DNA of 64,000 bases from Eledone cirrhosa (lineage: Eukaryota), in assembly GCA_964016885.1 (NCBI GenBank), contig CAXHJY010000913.1:15281-79280 (forward strand), in the 5' to 3' direction. The notes beneath the pieces were generated by a model, which was not told the DNA's origin, did not search any database, and saw only the letters and a list, made by a program, of their open reading frames with translations. Of this stretch, positions 27,034 through 40,911 are shown in pieces; positions within the stretch are counted from its first letter, which is position 1, and each line of letters begins with the position of its first letter. The position numbers were made by a program, and so were the translations under genes.

Positions 27034-27627
27034 CAGTTGGTGCTACTGGTAACATGTATCCAAGTACAACCTGTCTCATGGTCGGGTCGTAGGCGACTAA
27101 ACTGGCAACACCACTAAGGTTTCTTGGTGAGGAGGGTGACTTTGGACATCCTGCAGGACTAAAAACAAAACCTGTCAAAGGAGCTCTTAAGAGTCAATGG
27201 CCATCCAAAATCACCGGGAGAGATGACCCCTTAGCCTTTGTCAAGGCAGAATTCTAGGAGAAGGAAAACTCTGATATAACACCTGCAACCCTGATGGTAT
27301 CCAATGATGTTGACTTGTTCTTCTTTTTTGGTAAATATCATCTTGGTTAAGAGAGTGGGACTGGCTTTGTGCAGTGCCTTTGCTCACTATAAAAGCTTCA
27401 CAGCACAGGCATTGCTTTATATCTGGAGATCTCTCTGCACTTGTCATCACATGGTACCATGTGCCCAGCACTATGTGTCAATAATTGTCACAAGTGTAGT
27501 GTTTGTACCAGAGTTTTCAAGTTGCTGGCCGGACTAAAAAGTCACATTCGTTCAGCACATCGGTAGGGGTTCTCCTACATGGATATAAAGTAGTGGCCGT
27601 ACTCGAAAACGAGTAGGCAGCCATCAT
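27031..27627 (+). mobile_element. ~600-bp non-coding interspersed element flanked by (TA)n, probably a non-autonomous RTE derivative
   Basis: Highly similar inverted copy at 34368-34977; contains GGAGAAGGAAAACTCTGA (RTE 5'UTR-like); ends CTCG-AAAA-CGAG...GGCAGCCATCAT. Confidence 0.75.
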
Positions 27628-27673
27628 ATGTACGCATATATGTATATATACATGTATATGTGTAGATACATGT

Positions 27674-27733
<60 letters not shown>

Positions 27734-27947
27734 GTATAACTGTATAACAACGCTTCATACGTTGACGGCGTGATATGGTTAGGTCAAGTTAACCGAAATC
27801 AAGTATCAACGTAACCTAGCTCAGTTACCTATTGTGAAAAGCAGAGCAGCTGAAACAACTCTATTTACGTTCATTGAATATTTCCAAGATTCGTCCATCT
27901 TTCCTCCATGCAGTCGTTGGACTTTTCATAAATGAATAGCCGCCATG

Positions 27948-28004
<57 letters not shown>

Positions 28005-28011
28005 CTATCTG

Positions 28012-28048
<37 letters not shown>

Positions 28049-28075
28049 CTATCTCTCTATCTCTCTATCTCTCTA

Positions 28076-28106
<31 letters not shown>

Positions 28107-28199
28107 CTCCACCCTCTTTCTCATTCTCCCATCTTCTCTTATTCTTACTCTACAATAGCCTCCCTAATACAAGGCAACCGCGAAAATGAAAACCGCATT

Positions 28200-29240
28200 C
28201 CAACACCACACTACCACCAACACCACACTACCACCACCAATACACTACCACATACCACCAACACCATACCACCACATACCACCAACACCACACTACCACC
28301 ACCAATACACTACCACATACCACCAACACCATACCACCACATACCACCAACACCACACTACCACCACCAACACACTACCACATACCACCAACACCATACC
28401 ACCACACTACCACCAACACCACACTACCACCACCAACACACTACCACATACCACCAACACCATACCACCACATACCACCAACACCACACTACCACATACC
28501 ACACTACCACCACCAACGCACTACCACCAACACCACATTACCACATACCACCACATACCACCAACACCACACTACCACACTACCACACTACCACCACCAA
28601 CACACTACCACATACCACCAACACCACACTACCACATACCACCAACACCACACTACCACATACCACCACATACCACCAACACCACACAACCACATACCAC
28701 CAACACCACACTACCACCACCAACACCACACAACCACATACCACCAACACCACACTACCACCACCAACACACTACCACATAACACCACCACCACACTACC
28801 ACATACCACCACACTACCACCACCACACTACCACCACCACACTACCATCACCACACTACCACCACCATATCACCACACTAGCGCCACCATACTACCACTA
28901 CCGCCACACCACCACTACCACCACCACCACACCACCACCACCACACTACCATCATCATATCACCACATTAGCGCCACCACCACTACCACCACCACCACAC
29001 TACCACCACCACACTACCACCACCACACTACCACCACCACCACCACCACCACCACACTACTACCACCACCACCACTACCACCACACTACCACCACCACAC
29101 TACCATCATCATATCACCACACTAGCGCCACCACCACCACTACCACCACCACCACACTACCACCACACTACCACCACTACCACCACCGCCACCACCACTA
29201 CCACCACCACCACCACCACCACACTACCATCACCACCATC
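28200..29240. repeat. CAC/CAT/CAA-rich compound minisatellite
   Basis: Recurrent ACCACCAACACCACACT and ACCACAT units grading into (CAC)n. Confidence 0.95.
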
Positions 29241-29314
29241 AATATACCAACATACACTCAACTGTAATTTTACAGCTAAAGTTGAAATCAAATACTTTCA
29301 ATTATACACAAGTT

Positions 29315-29367
<53 letters not shown>

Positions 29368-29748
29368 ATGTATGTGTGTTTGGTGTATGTATGCATGTGT
29401 GTGTGTTTGGTGTATGTATGCATGTGTGTGTGTTTGGTGTATGTATGCATCTTTTTGTGTGTTGTTTATGTTTGTATATATGTATATCTCAGTGCTTGCA
29501 TTTTGTCCTGGACATTTATGTATGTATGTGATGATGTGTTTCAATGTGTATGTGGATAGATATATGTTAGGTGTATGTGTTTGTGTATGTATGAGCGTGT
29601 GTGTGAAAATATGTGTGTATGGATATGACTATGTATACATGTATATGTATTTAACTTCACATTATCATTTACAAACAATTACTATACACCCTCCGTATAT
29701 AAGTATGGAAACACTCATCTGCTTATACATATTACACACACACACACA

Positions 29749-29772
29749 CTAACCCTAACCCTAACCCTAACC
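29749..29772 (-). repeat. Short interstitial telomeric repeat, ~4 x TTAGGG
   Basis: CTAACCCTAACCCTAACCCTAACC on the + strand. Confidence 0.85.
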
Positions 29773-30056
29773 AAAACTACCAGTTATATATATAAACCCC
29801 CAGTTGATGGATGCGAAATCCGAAATATAGGGACAATTAAATCTCTTCCAAGGTAACTCTATCTCGTGTTAGTAATTTACACTCTTTCCTACGTTCCTCT
29901 ACACACTATACGTCTCATTCTACATTTCCTCTTACATCTCTCTCATTACCACCTGATTCTGTTACCCGGAGATTTACCCATATGCATTGTCGAGGCTTCC
30001 CAAAACGACCAAATGTTTTATTATTCCACAATGCTTCAAGCAAACTTCAATACTTA

Positions 30057-30119
<63 letters not shown>

Positions 30120-30862
30120 ACTAGTCTTCGTGGGTCGGAGAAAATTGCCAAATTGGTGATTGGCTCGAATATGACCACAAAAACTGTATTATAATCAGGT
30201 GAAAGCAATGTTACCATTTCACCATTTGTTCAGGGTGAAAAGGGACTCGTGTGGGCCTTATATATTGGGGCTCTTTCGAAAGATATATTACAGTCTCCAT
30301 TTATTACCGACAAAACTGGCGAAAGGCCTGTGGCCTATTCTCGGGGGATGGACGTGGGATGGACGCTCAATTCTTGCGTATCACGTGACCTGAAAAAATA
30401 TCCAGATCGGGTCGAATGTTGACAATATATCTATCTACCTCTGTCTATCTATCTATATCCATCTAGCTATCTCTATCAATATATATGTCTGACTATCTGT
30501 CTATCCATCTATCTCTATATAGACCTATCAAGGAAGCAAGAAGATACATTAACATAAAGTCATATTAGTTTCACGATTAAAAGAAAACGTGAGTTACACA
30601 GTCAACATCTCGGGCATTTGACCTTCATCAGGAAAACCATACAAGTGGATGAATAACCAAAAGTGTGAAAAGTAATAAATCTCGAATGTAGAGCTGGAAA
30701 ATGTAACCTTTATATCATATCACTACACGTGTTTCCTATTTTCCCAAAAGGACTTTAAAGCTACTTGTTGAATTGGAGCAATAAATCATAAGCAGAATTT
30801 TAAAAAGGAATGTTTCGAAGAAAATAGGTGACAAAACAACGTTAACTTACAACATTTTTTTA

Positions 30863-31053
30863 GCGGTGGATTGGCAGTATCGGTAGAGGGTCGGGCGCCA
30901 TGCTTTGAAGCATAGAGTTACCTCCCTTTATGATGTGAATTCAAATCCCGCCGAGGTTACCTTTGCCTTTCATCCTTACGGGGTCGATAAAATAAAGTAC
31001 CAGTAATGCACTGGGATAATTGCTGGCCTGGTGCCAAAAGTAGAAACAATTAT
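30863..31053 (+). mobile_element. SINE family A, full length
   Basis: Homology to 51605-51798. Confidence 0.88.
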
Positions 31054-31637
31054 TTTAGCAGGAACCATATCTGAGTGCATCGGTTCGTTCAATTTTTTAT
31101 TCTTCCTCTTTTAGTTCTGGCAGGTGTTCGCCAATTTTGAATCTTTACGTTGAATACATATTACATAACACCCACAGTCCTACTACTACTACTACTACTA
31201 CTACTACTATTAGTACCACTTGTTTCTTCTTCTTTGTCTTTTTTTACATTTTCTCCAATAAGGTGTATGTGACAAGCTGTGGTTTATGAAATGATTTTCA
31301 ATCTGAGGTGGTGGTATGTTATTCTTTTTTTCTCTGTTTCCTTCTACTGTTAATGATGATGATGATGGTGGTAGTAGTGATTGGCCTTGAACCGTTAAGG
31401 TATTTTTCTTGGTTATGTCAAAATTTATAAAACAACCTTTGTATTTTATCTGATAAAAGCGAACCAAAGTTTTGGTACCCTTGAAATATATATAATAGAA
31501 TAAATTTGTCTTTATAAATATAGTTTCCATTTATTTAATATCATTGAATATTATATTCCAGAAAACTGTTGAGTGTTCTAAATCAGTTATAAACATTTAT
31601 ATTTGTTGAATTACCAACACATTGAATAGCCCTTTTG

Positions 31638-31681
<44 letters not shown>

Positions 31682-31685
31682 TATA

Positions 31686-31743
<58 letters not shown>

Positions 31744-31907
31744 GGGTTGACAGCTGCGATAAAAGAGTACTCAATACTGGGGCAGAGCTTTGGTATTCAT
31801 TATTATCAAGGATGAATAGTCTTGTTACTCGGGACTTTCGCCTGAAATGTCTGGTGACCCTGTGATAAATAGGTGAAACTCCAGATACCCTTAATGAAAA
31901 TGAATGA

Positions 31908-31965
<58 letters not shown>

Positions 31966-32146
31966 CTGTGTGTATGTGTGTGTGTCTGTGTGTGTGTGCA
32001 TACACATTTCGAGCTATCGAAGATCGAAGAGCTCAGAGATTATGAGGTTCATATTTTATCATATAGATTCCAGTACTTATATTGGAAATTATTCTGGTAA
32101 TTATTTTATCGATCTAGACACAGACGAAATCATACGCCCTCCCCCA

Positions 32147-32205
<59 letters not shown>

Positions 32206-32213
32206 TTATCCCG

Positions 32214-32264
32214 GGCTTCCTGATGATTTCTCCCGAATGAAACAGTTCTAGTCCTGTAGAAGCC
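32214..32264 (+). ncRNA. Type I hammerhead ribozyme forming almost the whole of a ~70-bp insert inside (TA)n
   Basis: GGCUUC-CUGAUGA-uUUC uccc GAAu-GAAA-CAG uucuaguc CUG-UA-GAAGCC; 6-bp stem I, 3-bp stem III plus A-U; related pieces at 6150-6186 and 19141-19198. Confidence 0.8.
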
Positions 32265-32309
<45 letters not shown>

Positions 32310-32472
32310 GTATAATAAACAATACAATATAATTACCTCATTACCAGAGGTCTCCCGAATAAGACGAATACAAGAAACGTCCTCATTCGTTCGTCGGACA
32401 AGGCAATTTAAAACATAGTGAAATATTTGAAAAATCTCCTCATGTTATCAATTTTCAACGGAAACTTCAATA

Positions 32473-32536
<64 letters not shown>

Positions 32537-33232
32537 AACATATTTGTGTTGGTATTGCTATATTTGTACATATCTTTGCTTGCTTGATTGTCTCTATCTA
32601 CTACACTTGTAGCTCTTCAATACCTCTTGTATTTGTTCTCTAATTACTTTCTCTTGATCTCTTACTCTTCACCTTTCTCCCACCTCATGTAATAACCCTT
32701 TACGTTCTCTTCCCAATTCATATATTATGTAACACTTTCATTTCCACAATTTGTCATGACCTCCACAAACAGGTATTGACATAGCACATTCTCTCACTCT
32801 CTCCTACCTCTCCTCTCTCTTTTTTCATCCCTATCAATGGTTTACCCTTACTGGCTCACACACACTCACACACACACACACATACACTCACACACGCACA
32901 CTCACACACACACACAGATAGACAGACACACACTCACACATACATACATACACTCATAGAGAGAGAGACACACACACATTTATACACACACACACTCGCA
33001 CAGATACACACATACACACACTCTCACACACATATTTATACGCACATGTACACACACATATATATAGACACACACACACACTTCCCTATCAATGTTTTAC
33101 CCTTAGTGAATCACACACACACACATACACAAATAGAGTGAGACACACACACATATTTATATACACACACATATGCAGAGATACACATATATATAGAGAC
33201 ACACACAAAAATATGTATATAGACACTCACAC

Positions 33233-33310
<78 letters not shown>

Positions 33311-33314
<4 letters not shown>

Positions 33315-33430
33315 ATAATAATAAATTTGAAGACTAAAATCCAAAGAGGGCTCGATAAGGATAAATATATATCAAATATATAAGAACCGTAGAGCAAATA
33401 TTTAACTTTAATCTGTTATTTTAATAAATA
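33311..33430. mobile_element. TA-embedded module related to 7620-7734 with one segment inverted
   Basis: 33311-33404 is the reverse complement of ~7641-7734, while AACTTTAATCTGTTATTTTAATAAATA is in the same orientation in both. Confidence 0.8.
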
Positions 33431-33601
33431 TATATATATATATATATATCTTAAGGTTTGTTTGTTCACTACTGGATAGAACTGGTCATTCCCTATGGTC
33501 AATCCTGGTGTAATATTGTGAAGAGTACTCAACGCAGTGCAGTTTACCCATCTTCGTTTGTGTAGTTGGTGGTGCGAATAGGGAGTTAATTATAAAGAAA
33601 A

Positions 33602-33787
33602 ATAACAGGAGGCTGGACTGGTGTGAATCCTTGAATGGTTTATTATACTATAGTCATTTCAATGACCGGGTTCCATATAAATCCGGTGATATCATCAGGT
33701 ATTCGAAATATAACAAAGGAATATGTAAAAACCATGAGTCCGGAAATAAACCTTTCAAGGATTTACACCAGTCCAGCCTCCTGTTAT
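33602..33787. mobile_element. 186-bp module with 43-bp inverted ends enclosing a hammerhead
   Basis: 33602-33644 pairs with 33745-33787 (2 mismatches); (TA)n follows at 33791. Confidence 0.85.
33645..33702 (-). ncRNA. Minimal type I hammerhead ribozyme, intact core
   Basis: Minus strand AUAC-CUGAUGA-uAUcACCGG auuuauauggaac CCGGUcAUu-GAAA-UGACUA-UA-GUAU followed by AAUAAA. Confidence 0.72.
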
Positions 33788-34132
33788 GTTTATATATATA
33801 TATGTGTATATATACATACACGTATATAGAGAGTGAGAGAATGTGTGCCTATGTAATGATACAAAGTGGGGGAAATCGAGATATCTCATTACAATTGTTT
33901 CCGTAAAATACTCTTCTGCTTTCCATAGTGAAATTATCCAAATATCTTACTCAGCTCCCACCCCTCTCTCTCTCTCGCTCTCTGTTACACTTTCATACAC
34001 CCTTTCTCTGTCTCCCTCTCACACACCCCTCTCTATGTCTCTCTCTCACACACCCCTCTCTCTGTCTCTTTCTCACACACGCCTCACTTCGACTCCATCT
34101 CACCTATATATATATCTCTCTCTCTAAATCTC

Positions 34133-34176
<44 letters not shown>

Positions 34177-34367
34177 AACATATATATATATATTATATAC
34201 ACATACATATATATATATTATATACACATACATATATATATATTATATACACATACATATATATATATTATATATACATACATATATATATATACATATA
34301 TATATACATATATATATATATATACATATATATATACATATATATATATACATACATATATATATAT

Positions 34368-34977
34368 ATGGTGGCTGCCAACTCGTTTTCGAGTACGGCC
34401 ACTACTTTATATCCATGTAGGAGAACCCCTACCGATGCGCTGAACGAGTGTGACTTTTTAGTCCAGCCAGCGACTTGAAAACTCTGGTACAAACACTACA
34501 CTTGTGACAATTACTGACACATAGTGCTGGGCCCATGGTACCATGTGACGACAAGTGCAGAGAGATCTCCAGATATAAAGCAATGCCTGTGCCGTGAAGC
34601 TTTTATAGTGAGCAAAGGCACTGCACAAAGCCAGTCCCACTCTCTTAACCAAGATGATATTTACCAAAAAGAAGAACAAGTCAACATCATTGGATACCAT
34701 CAGGGTTGCAGGTGTTATATCAGAGTTTTCCTTCTCCTAGAATTCTGCCTTGACAAAGGCTAAGGGGTCATCTCTCCCGGTGATTTTGGATGGCCATTGA
34801 CTCTTAAGAGCTCCTTTGCCCTTTGACAGGTTTTGTTTTTAGTCCTGCAGGATGTCCAAAGTCACCCTCCTCACCAAGAAACCTTGGTGGGGTTGCCAGT
34901 TTAGTCGCCAACGACCCGACCATGGGACAGGTTGTACTGGGATACATGTTACCAGTAGCACCAACTGGTGACCTGAC
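34368..34977 (-). mobile_element. Second copy of the ~600-bp element (inverted relative to 27031-27627)
   Basis: Near-identical reverse complement; flanked by TA/TACA tracts on both sides. Confidence 0.8.
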
Positions 34978-36117
34978 ATACATATATATATACATACATA
35001 TATATATACATACATATATATGTACATACATACATATGTACATACACATATATATACATACATATATATATACATACATATATATATACATACATACATA
35101 CACATATACATACATACACATATACATACATACATACATACAGACATACACATACATACATATATATAATATATATATACATATAATACATACATACATA
35201 CATATATATATACATATAATACATACATACATACATATATATAATATATATATACATATAATACATACATATATATAATATATATATACATATAATACAT
35301 ACATACATATAATATATATATACATATAATACATACATATATATAATATACATATACATATAATACATACATATACATACATATACATATATATATACAT
35401 ACATATACATATATATATACATACACACACACACACACATACATATACATACATACACACATATACATACACATATATATACATACATATTATACACATG
35501 TACATACATATACACACATACATATATAGACATATATATATGTGTGTACATACATATATATATATATACACACACACACACACTATATATATATATATAT
35601 ATATACACCCATGTAAAAGTCATCACAATTTTGGCCAATGCATCTAAATTGTTCTATGTAAAAGTTGACCGTCGTTCTTGGTCAACGAAAGTATTATTCT
35701 GACATAGAAATGTATTTTCTTGTACTGTTACGTTCTGAAACATATACATATATATATACATATATATATATACATACATATATATATACATATATACATA
35801 CACATATATATATATATATACATATATACATACACATATATATATATATATACATATATACATACACACATATATATATACATATATACATACACATATA
35901 TATATATACATATATATATACATATACATACATATATATATAGACATACATATATATATATATACATATACATACATACATATATGTATATATATATATA
36001 TATATGTATATATAGTATATATACATGTGGTTACATCCGACTCAACCCGTATATATAGTATATATATATATATATAGTATATATATATGTGGTTACCTCA
36101 GATTCAACCCGGAATAA

Positions 36118-36175
<58 letters not shown>

Positions 36176-38997
36176 GTATACATATAGTGTATATATATAT
36201 ATATTTATATGTACGTGTGTGTCAGTACGATATATAGAGAACCGTAAACAGTACAATCGCCGCCAAAGATTCAGTTGCATGGGTGAATACTACTCTCAAT
36301 ATTATTCCGATGAATATATTCCGAGAAAAATTTCCATATGCAAATCTTAAAGAAATGTGGCTAAGTTCTGAAGATTATCTTCTCTTGTATCCAATCTTGG
36401 ATGGTCTGATGTGGTGTAGTTATTCCATCTCCGTCTCTCCTGCTGTTTCATTTTCTATTTTTTTTGTAGATAACTTATGAATATTGATGATTAATTCGAT
36501 AAATTCACTGTGTATGGTTGTGTGTATTATATATATCTATATATTAAATTCAACAATGTCAGTATTCCGTGTGTCATGATTCTCGATTATCATTGGTTCA
36601 TATGTTTCAAACGACTCCGACCACCTCAACGACGCCAAACTTAAATTAATATGCATAATGTCAATGAGGGAGTGAGAGCGGAGAGTAAGAAACAGGGAGG
36701 CAAAGTGAACGCTGTGTTGGATACACTATGTATATGTGTCAGTGTAGAGACATGTGTGATGTGTTTGGAAATAGGGGAAGGAAAGCAATAACTATTAACA
36801 TGTGTGCGTGTGTATGTACATGCGCGTATGTTTATGTGTGTGTGCGTGCGTGCAGCGTTCCACAGAAAGTAAAAACTATCAACATGTGTGAGTGTGTGCG
36901 TGTGTGTAAGTGCACGGGTGCGTGTGTAATTTTGCGTGCGTCGTTTCTGTTTGCGGTGGTAATACGACCTCATCATATGCTGAGTCTGGCAAAAAGGTTG
37001 GATCCTATGGCCTGCCAGGGCTAGAGTAATATTGAAAAACGATTCTATTCTCGATGTAGAAGGAACCGCCATTTGGAGTTCAAACCAGCTCCCCCCCCCC
37101 CCCAGTTGAACTCTGGACAACATTGACTGTCTATTACTCAGTGGCTAAGAGCCTGGAAATTACTGAATAAATTTGTGTGTCGTATAATTTGTTGTTTTAT
37201 TATTATAGCTGACCACTTATAGATAAGCATGTTATCCATATCCATATTAATTTGGCATTTGTATAAACCATTTCAAGTAAATAGGGACCTTTTTTACATT
37301 GACGGACATCTTTTATATTAATTATCTATATCTACATCTACATAAAATATAAAAGATTGGAACTTCCATTATTCTTTTGAGAAACGTGGAACAACCACGT
37401 CTCTGCAATGATACACGTTTTACAGTCAGGCAGATGATGAACCATCTCCTAGAGGTCGCTATTCTAGGTGGGAGCACCTAGAATTATTCATATACTATGC
37501 ACAAACGGTACAACGAAGAATCTAGTATATCTGGAAGATTTTTTTTACTGTTTTTTTTTGTATCACACAGACACCACGGACTCGCCTCATACTGTAATCA
37601 GACAAACATCCAATACAGTCATTTTCTCTTTTACCTGTCTTCTCTTAATATCTGTTTACCCGGGCGAAGATCTTTAGTCTATCATTTTCTTTTCTTATAT
37701 ATATATATGTGTGTGTGTGTGTCTGTGTGTGTGTGTGTGTGTGTGTGTATAATTAAAAGACGAAGATTATCGAATAGAATGGACACAGCTTTAGTCGTTT
37801 CCTCACTAATTCAATAATCTAATTAAGTCTGTATTATTAAAATTCGAGCCCAACCGATCAGTGTCCACACGTTAATCAGCGAGGAAGACCACTTCGTGTG
37901 GGTAGGAAATACCTTTTCCCTAGTATCTCAATCTTTAAACTTAATAGATCAGCATTTTACTATATTGTTCTCCCATGTTTTCCTTTTCGTATGTGTGTGT
38001 GTGTTTACATTTGTGTCTACAGAAAAAGATTGATAAAATAAGTACCCGATTTGAGAAAATTACTAAAGGCGATATGATCGACTAATTCCGTTTGAGCCGT
38101 TGCCACAGCATGGTCGCAGTCTAATGATGGAAACCAGTAGAAGAATAAAAGAATGCCGCTGCTTCATTTTGTGTATCGCCAGAATCAATCACACGTATCA
38201 TGTTAGGAACATTTGATAAACGTTAAATTTGATAAGCTCGCTTTAGAAGTCAATTGAATTACCAGTGCTCTAATGGATAAATCTGTTGCAAATGTTCGAG
38301 TAATCTATCAAATATTTATTATTGTTGAGTGATATCGATGAAATAATATTGAAATAAGATCAAACAAGACATTAGTCTCGCTTGAATATCGACAAGCTAA
38401 ATATCATTTGTAATTAATTTAAATGTCAATTTAGTTATAACGTGAACGTGATGTAAACCATATTTGTTCGTGTCTTTAAAAATAAAAACATGTAATTGAG
38501 AATTTATTAAGGCATAAATATTAATTTTATACAGTTTCACGGTTACTTGACGTCACTTCAACATAGTGAGAAAATATACTAATGATATTACATCGTTTCC
38601 ATATAGTGAGAAAATATTCTGTTGATATAAGCTTTCAACGATATGCCTACACAACAATAAGCCAACCGAGTCAGATGTTTGCTTCTCGATTATCAAGCCC
38701 CAACTTCGATCCCACTGAATGGATTCTTGGTCAGGTGCCATTTATCATATCCTCGTGTTGACCCATCAGTTTTGAGTGAAACTGGGAAGACGGAAACTGT
38801 TTGGAAGCCCGTCATATGAACTGTAGCTGTATCTCAAAGGCCCAGCCGTTTCACATACTGTAACACGCTGAATCTCCCTAAGAATTATGTTAATTATGTA
38901 CGTGTTTATAGAACGTTTTGTCAGTTACGATATCATAAGTACGGTAGTCTCACTATGAATGTTTTAAGCTCTGATCAATCCATATTTTCCAACGTAG

Positions 38998-39047
<50 letters not shown>

Positions 39048-39051
<4 letters not shown>

Positions 39052-39250
39052 GGAACGGGTAGGACCCCGACGGCTGAGCTCAAGCCGTTTCGACGGCTAA
39101 TTCTGGACTAGCCGTCGAATTAGCCGTCGAAACGGCTTGAGCTCAGCCGTCAGGGTCCTACTCGTTCCTATTACCCAATCTACTACCCTAAGTATTGAGT
39201 ACTTTGGTGCGTTATGGTCCACCTGGTTCCTTACGACATTTCCTTCGTTA
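39048..39250 (+). mobile_element. TA-embedded fold-back module family H (truncated hammerhead: stem II, GAAA, stem III, GUC, stem I 3' strand)
   Basis: Inverted arms 39048-39103 and 39117-39172; GAAA-CGGCU ugagcuc AGCCG-UC-(G/A)GGGUCC; copies at 42220, 45709 and 49021. Confidence 0.85.
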
Positions 39251-39409
39251 TATATATATATATATATATATATGCGCATAATAAAATACATGGAACTCTT
39301 TTAACCATCTTTTGATTTTATATTATTTACACTCCAGTCCTATAAAACATTGAGTGCTACTTATTCGATATTTGCATTGCTTTATTGGGCTACAATAAAA
39401 CTTACCTCC

Positions 39410-39441
<32 letters not shown>

Positions 39442-39799
39442 CTGTTGTACAATGGTCTAACTACTTAGAAACTCGTTCAATGCTGATATATACACACACA
39501 TGCATACATACACACATATATATATATATATATATACATAGAGAGAGAGAGAGACGAGTGAGAGGGGCAATGTTTCAACTAGAGAAGATTTAAATTCTAA
39601 CATCTGTTTAAAGAATGTTAAAATGGATTTGGCTTCTTTATTATTAATAGAAACATACCAGTTTGAGGATCTTTCGTAGTAATTTGGACAGATATAGTTT
39701 GAGGTTAACTAAATATAGATACAAATATACACGTATAGACACAGATATATGTCTAACTATATATTTATAATCATATACATTCATTTTAAATATAAGCTT

Positions 39800-40068
39800 A
39801 TGTCAGGGCATTCTTCTTGGAGAAGGCAACTTAGAAAACTGGGTTAACTCCGATATAAAACATGCGGCTCAGTAGTTACCAATGATGTTGATCTTTTCTT
39901 CTTTTCGGGTTATAGCTACTGTCGCTCAGAGAGTGGGATTGGCTCAGTGCACAGTCTTTCTTCACTTTAAAAATATCTTCACGCACAGGCATTGCACGAT
40001 AGAATTAATAATTGTTAATAATGGTATAACGTGCAATGGCCATATTCGATAACGAGGGGGCAGCCATC

Positions 40069-40071
<3 letters not shown>
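39800..40071 (+). mobile_element. Shorter diverged relative of the ~600-bp element
   Basis: Shares GGAGAAGGCAACT, CCAATGATGTTGA, GAGAGTGGGA, GCACAGGCATTGC and the 3' end GGCAGCCATCAT followed by (TA)n. Confidence 0.65.
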
Positions 40072-40109
<38 letters not shown>

Positions 40110-40160
40110 TTCCTACAGATAAATTATTATACACTAACATAATATTCACACATACATTTA

Positions 40161-40226
<66 letters not shown>

Positions 40227-40270
40227 TATACATATATATACATATATATATATACATATATATATACATA

Positions 40271-40756
40271 TATTTCTCTGGGACACCGTAGAGTCTTACA
40301 ATCTTCCACAATGACTCTCGATGAACACTGTCGAAAGCTTTCCTGAAGTCAATGTAGTTGACAACAAGTGACTTGTGGAACTCCCGACACTGTTCAATGA
40401 TATTTCGGAGAGTGAAGATCTGCTCTGAACAAGACCTTCCACTGCGGAAGCCAGCCTGTTCGTCTCGAAGATGACGATCTACTTCAGCCGGTTCAGGATG
40501 ACTGTGCAGAATATCTTCCCTGGCACTGATAGCAAAGTGATCCCTCTCCAGTTGTTGCAGTCGCTGAGACAGCCCTTCTTCAGTAGTGGTACAATCACTC
40601 CATTTCGCCAGTCCTACGGCACTCCTCTTCTTGCCAAATCACATTGCATAAATGGGTGAGCTGCTCCTCTATTACATCTATTACATCTTTGCTCCTCTAT
40701 TACATCTTTGCTCTTGATTGGCAAACTGCTTCCACTTCATCCTCCAGTTAGCTCTC
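40271..40756 (-). mobile_element. RTE-clade LINE reverse transcriptase fragment (N-terminal RT region, disrupted)
   Basis: Minus strand: [43 protein letters not shown]...[64 protein letters not shown]. Confidence 0.92.
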
Positions 40757-40803
40757 TATAACGTGCAATGGCCATACTCGATAACGAGGGGGCAGCCATC
40801 ATG

Positions 40804-40871
<68 letters not shown>

Positions 40872-40911
40872 TTCCTACAGATAAATGATTATACACTAAC
40901 ATAATATTCAC

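Noticed and set aside
27945-29267. 440-aa His/Thr/Pro-rich ORF
   Set aside because: Product of the CAC-rich minisatellite, open in several frames, and starting within (CT)n/(TA)n
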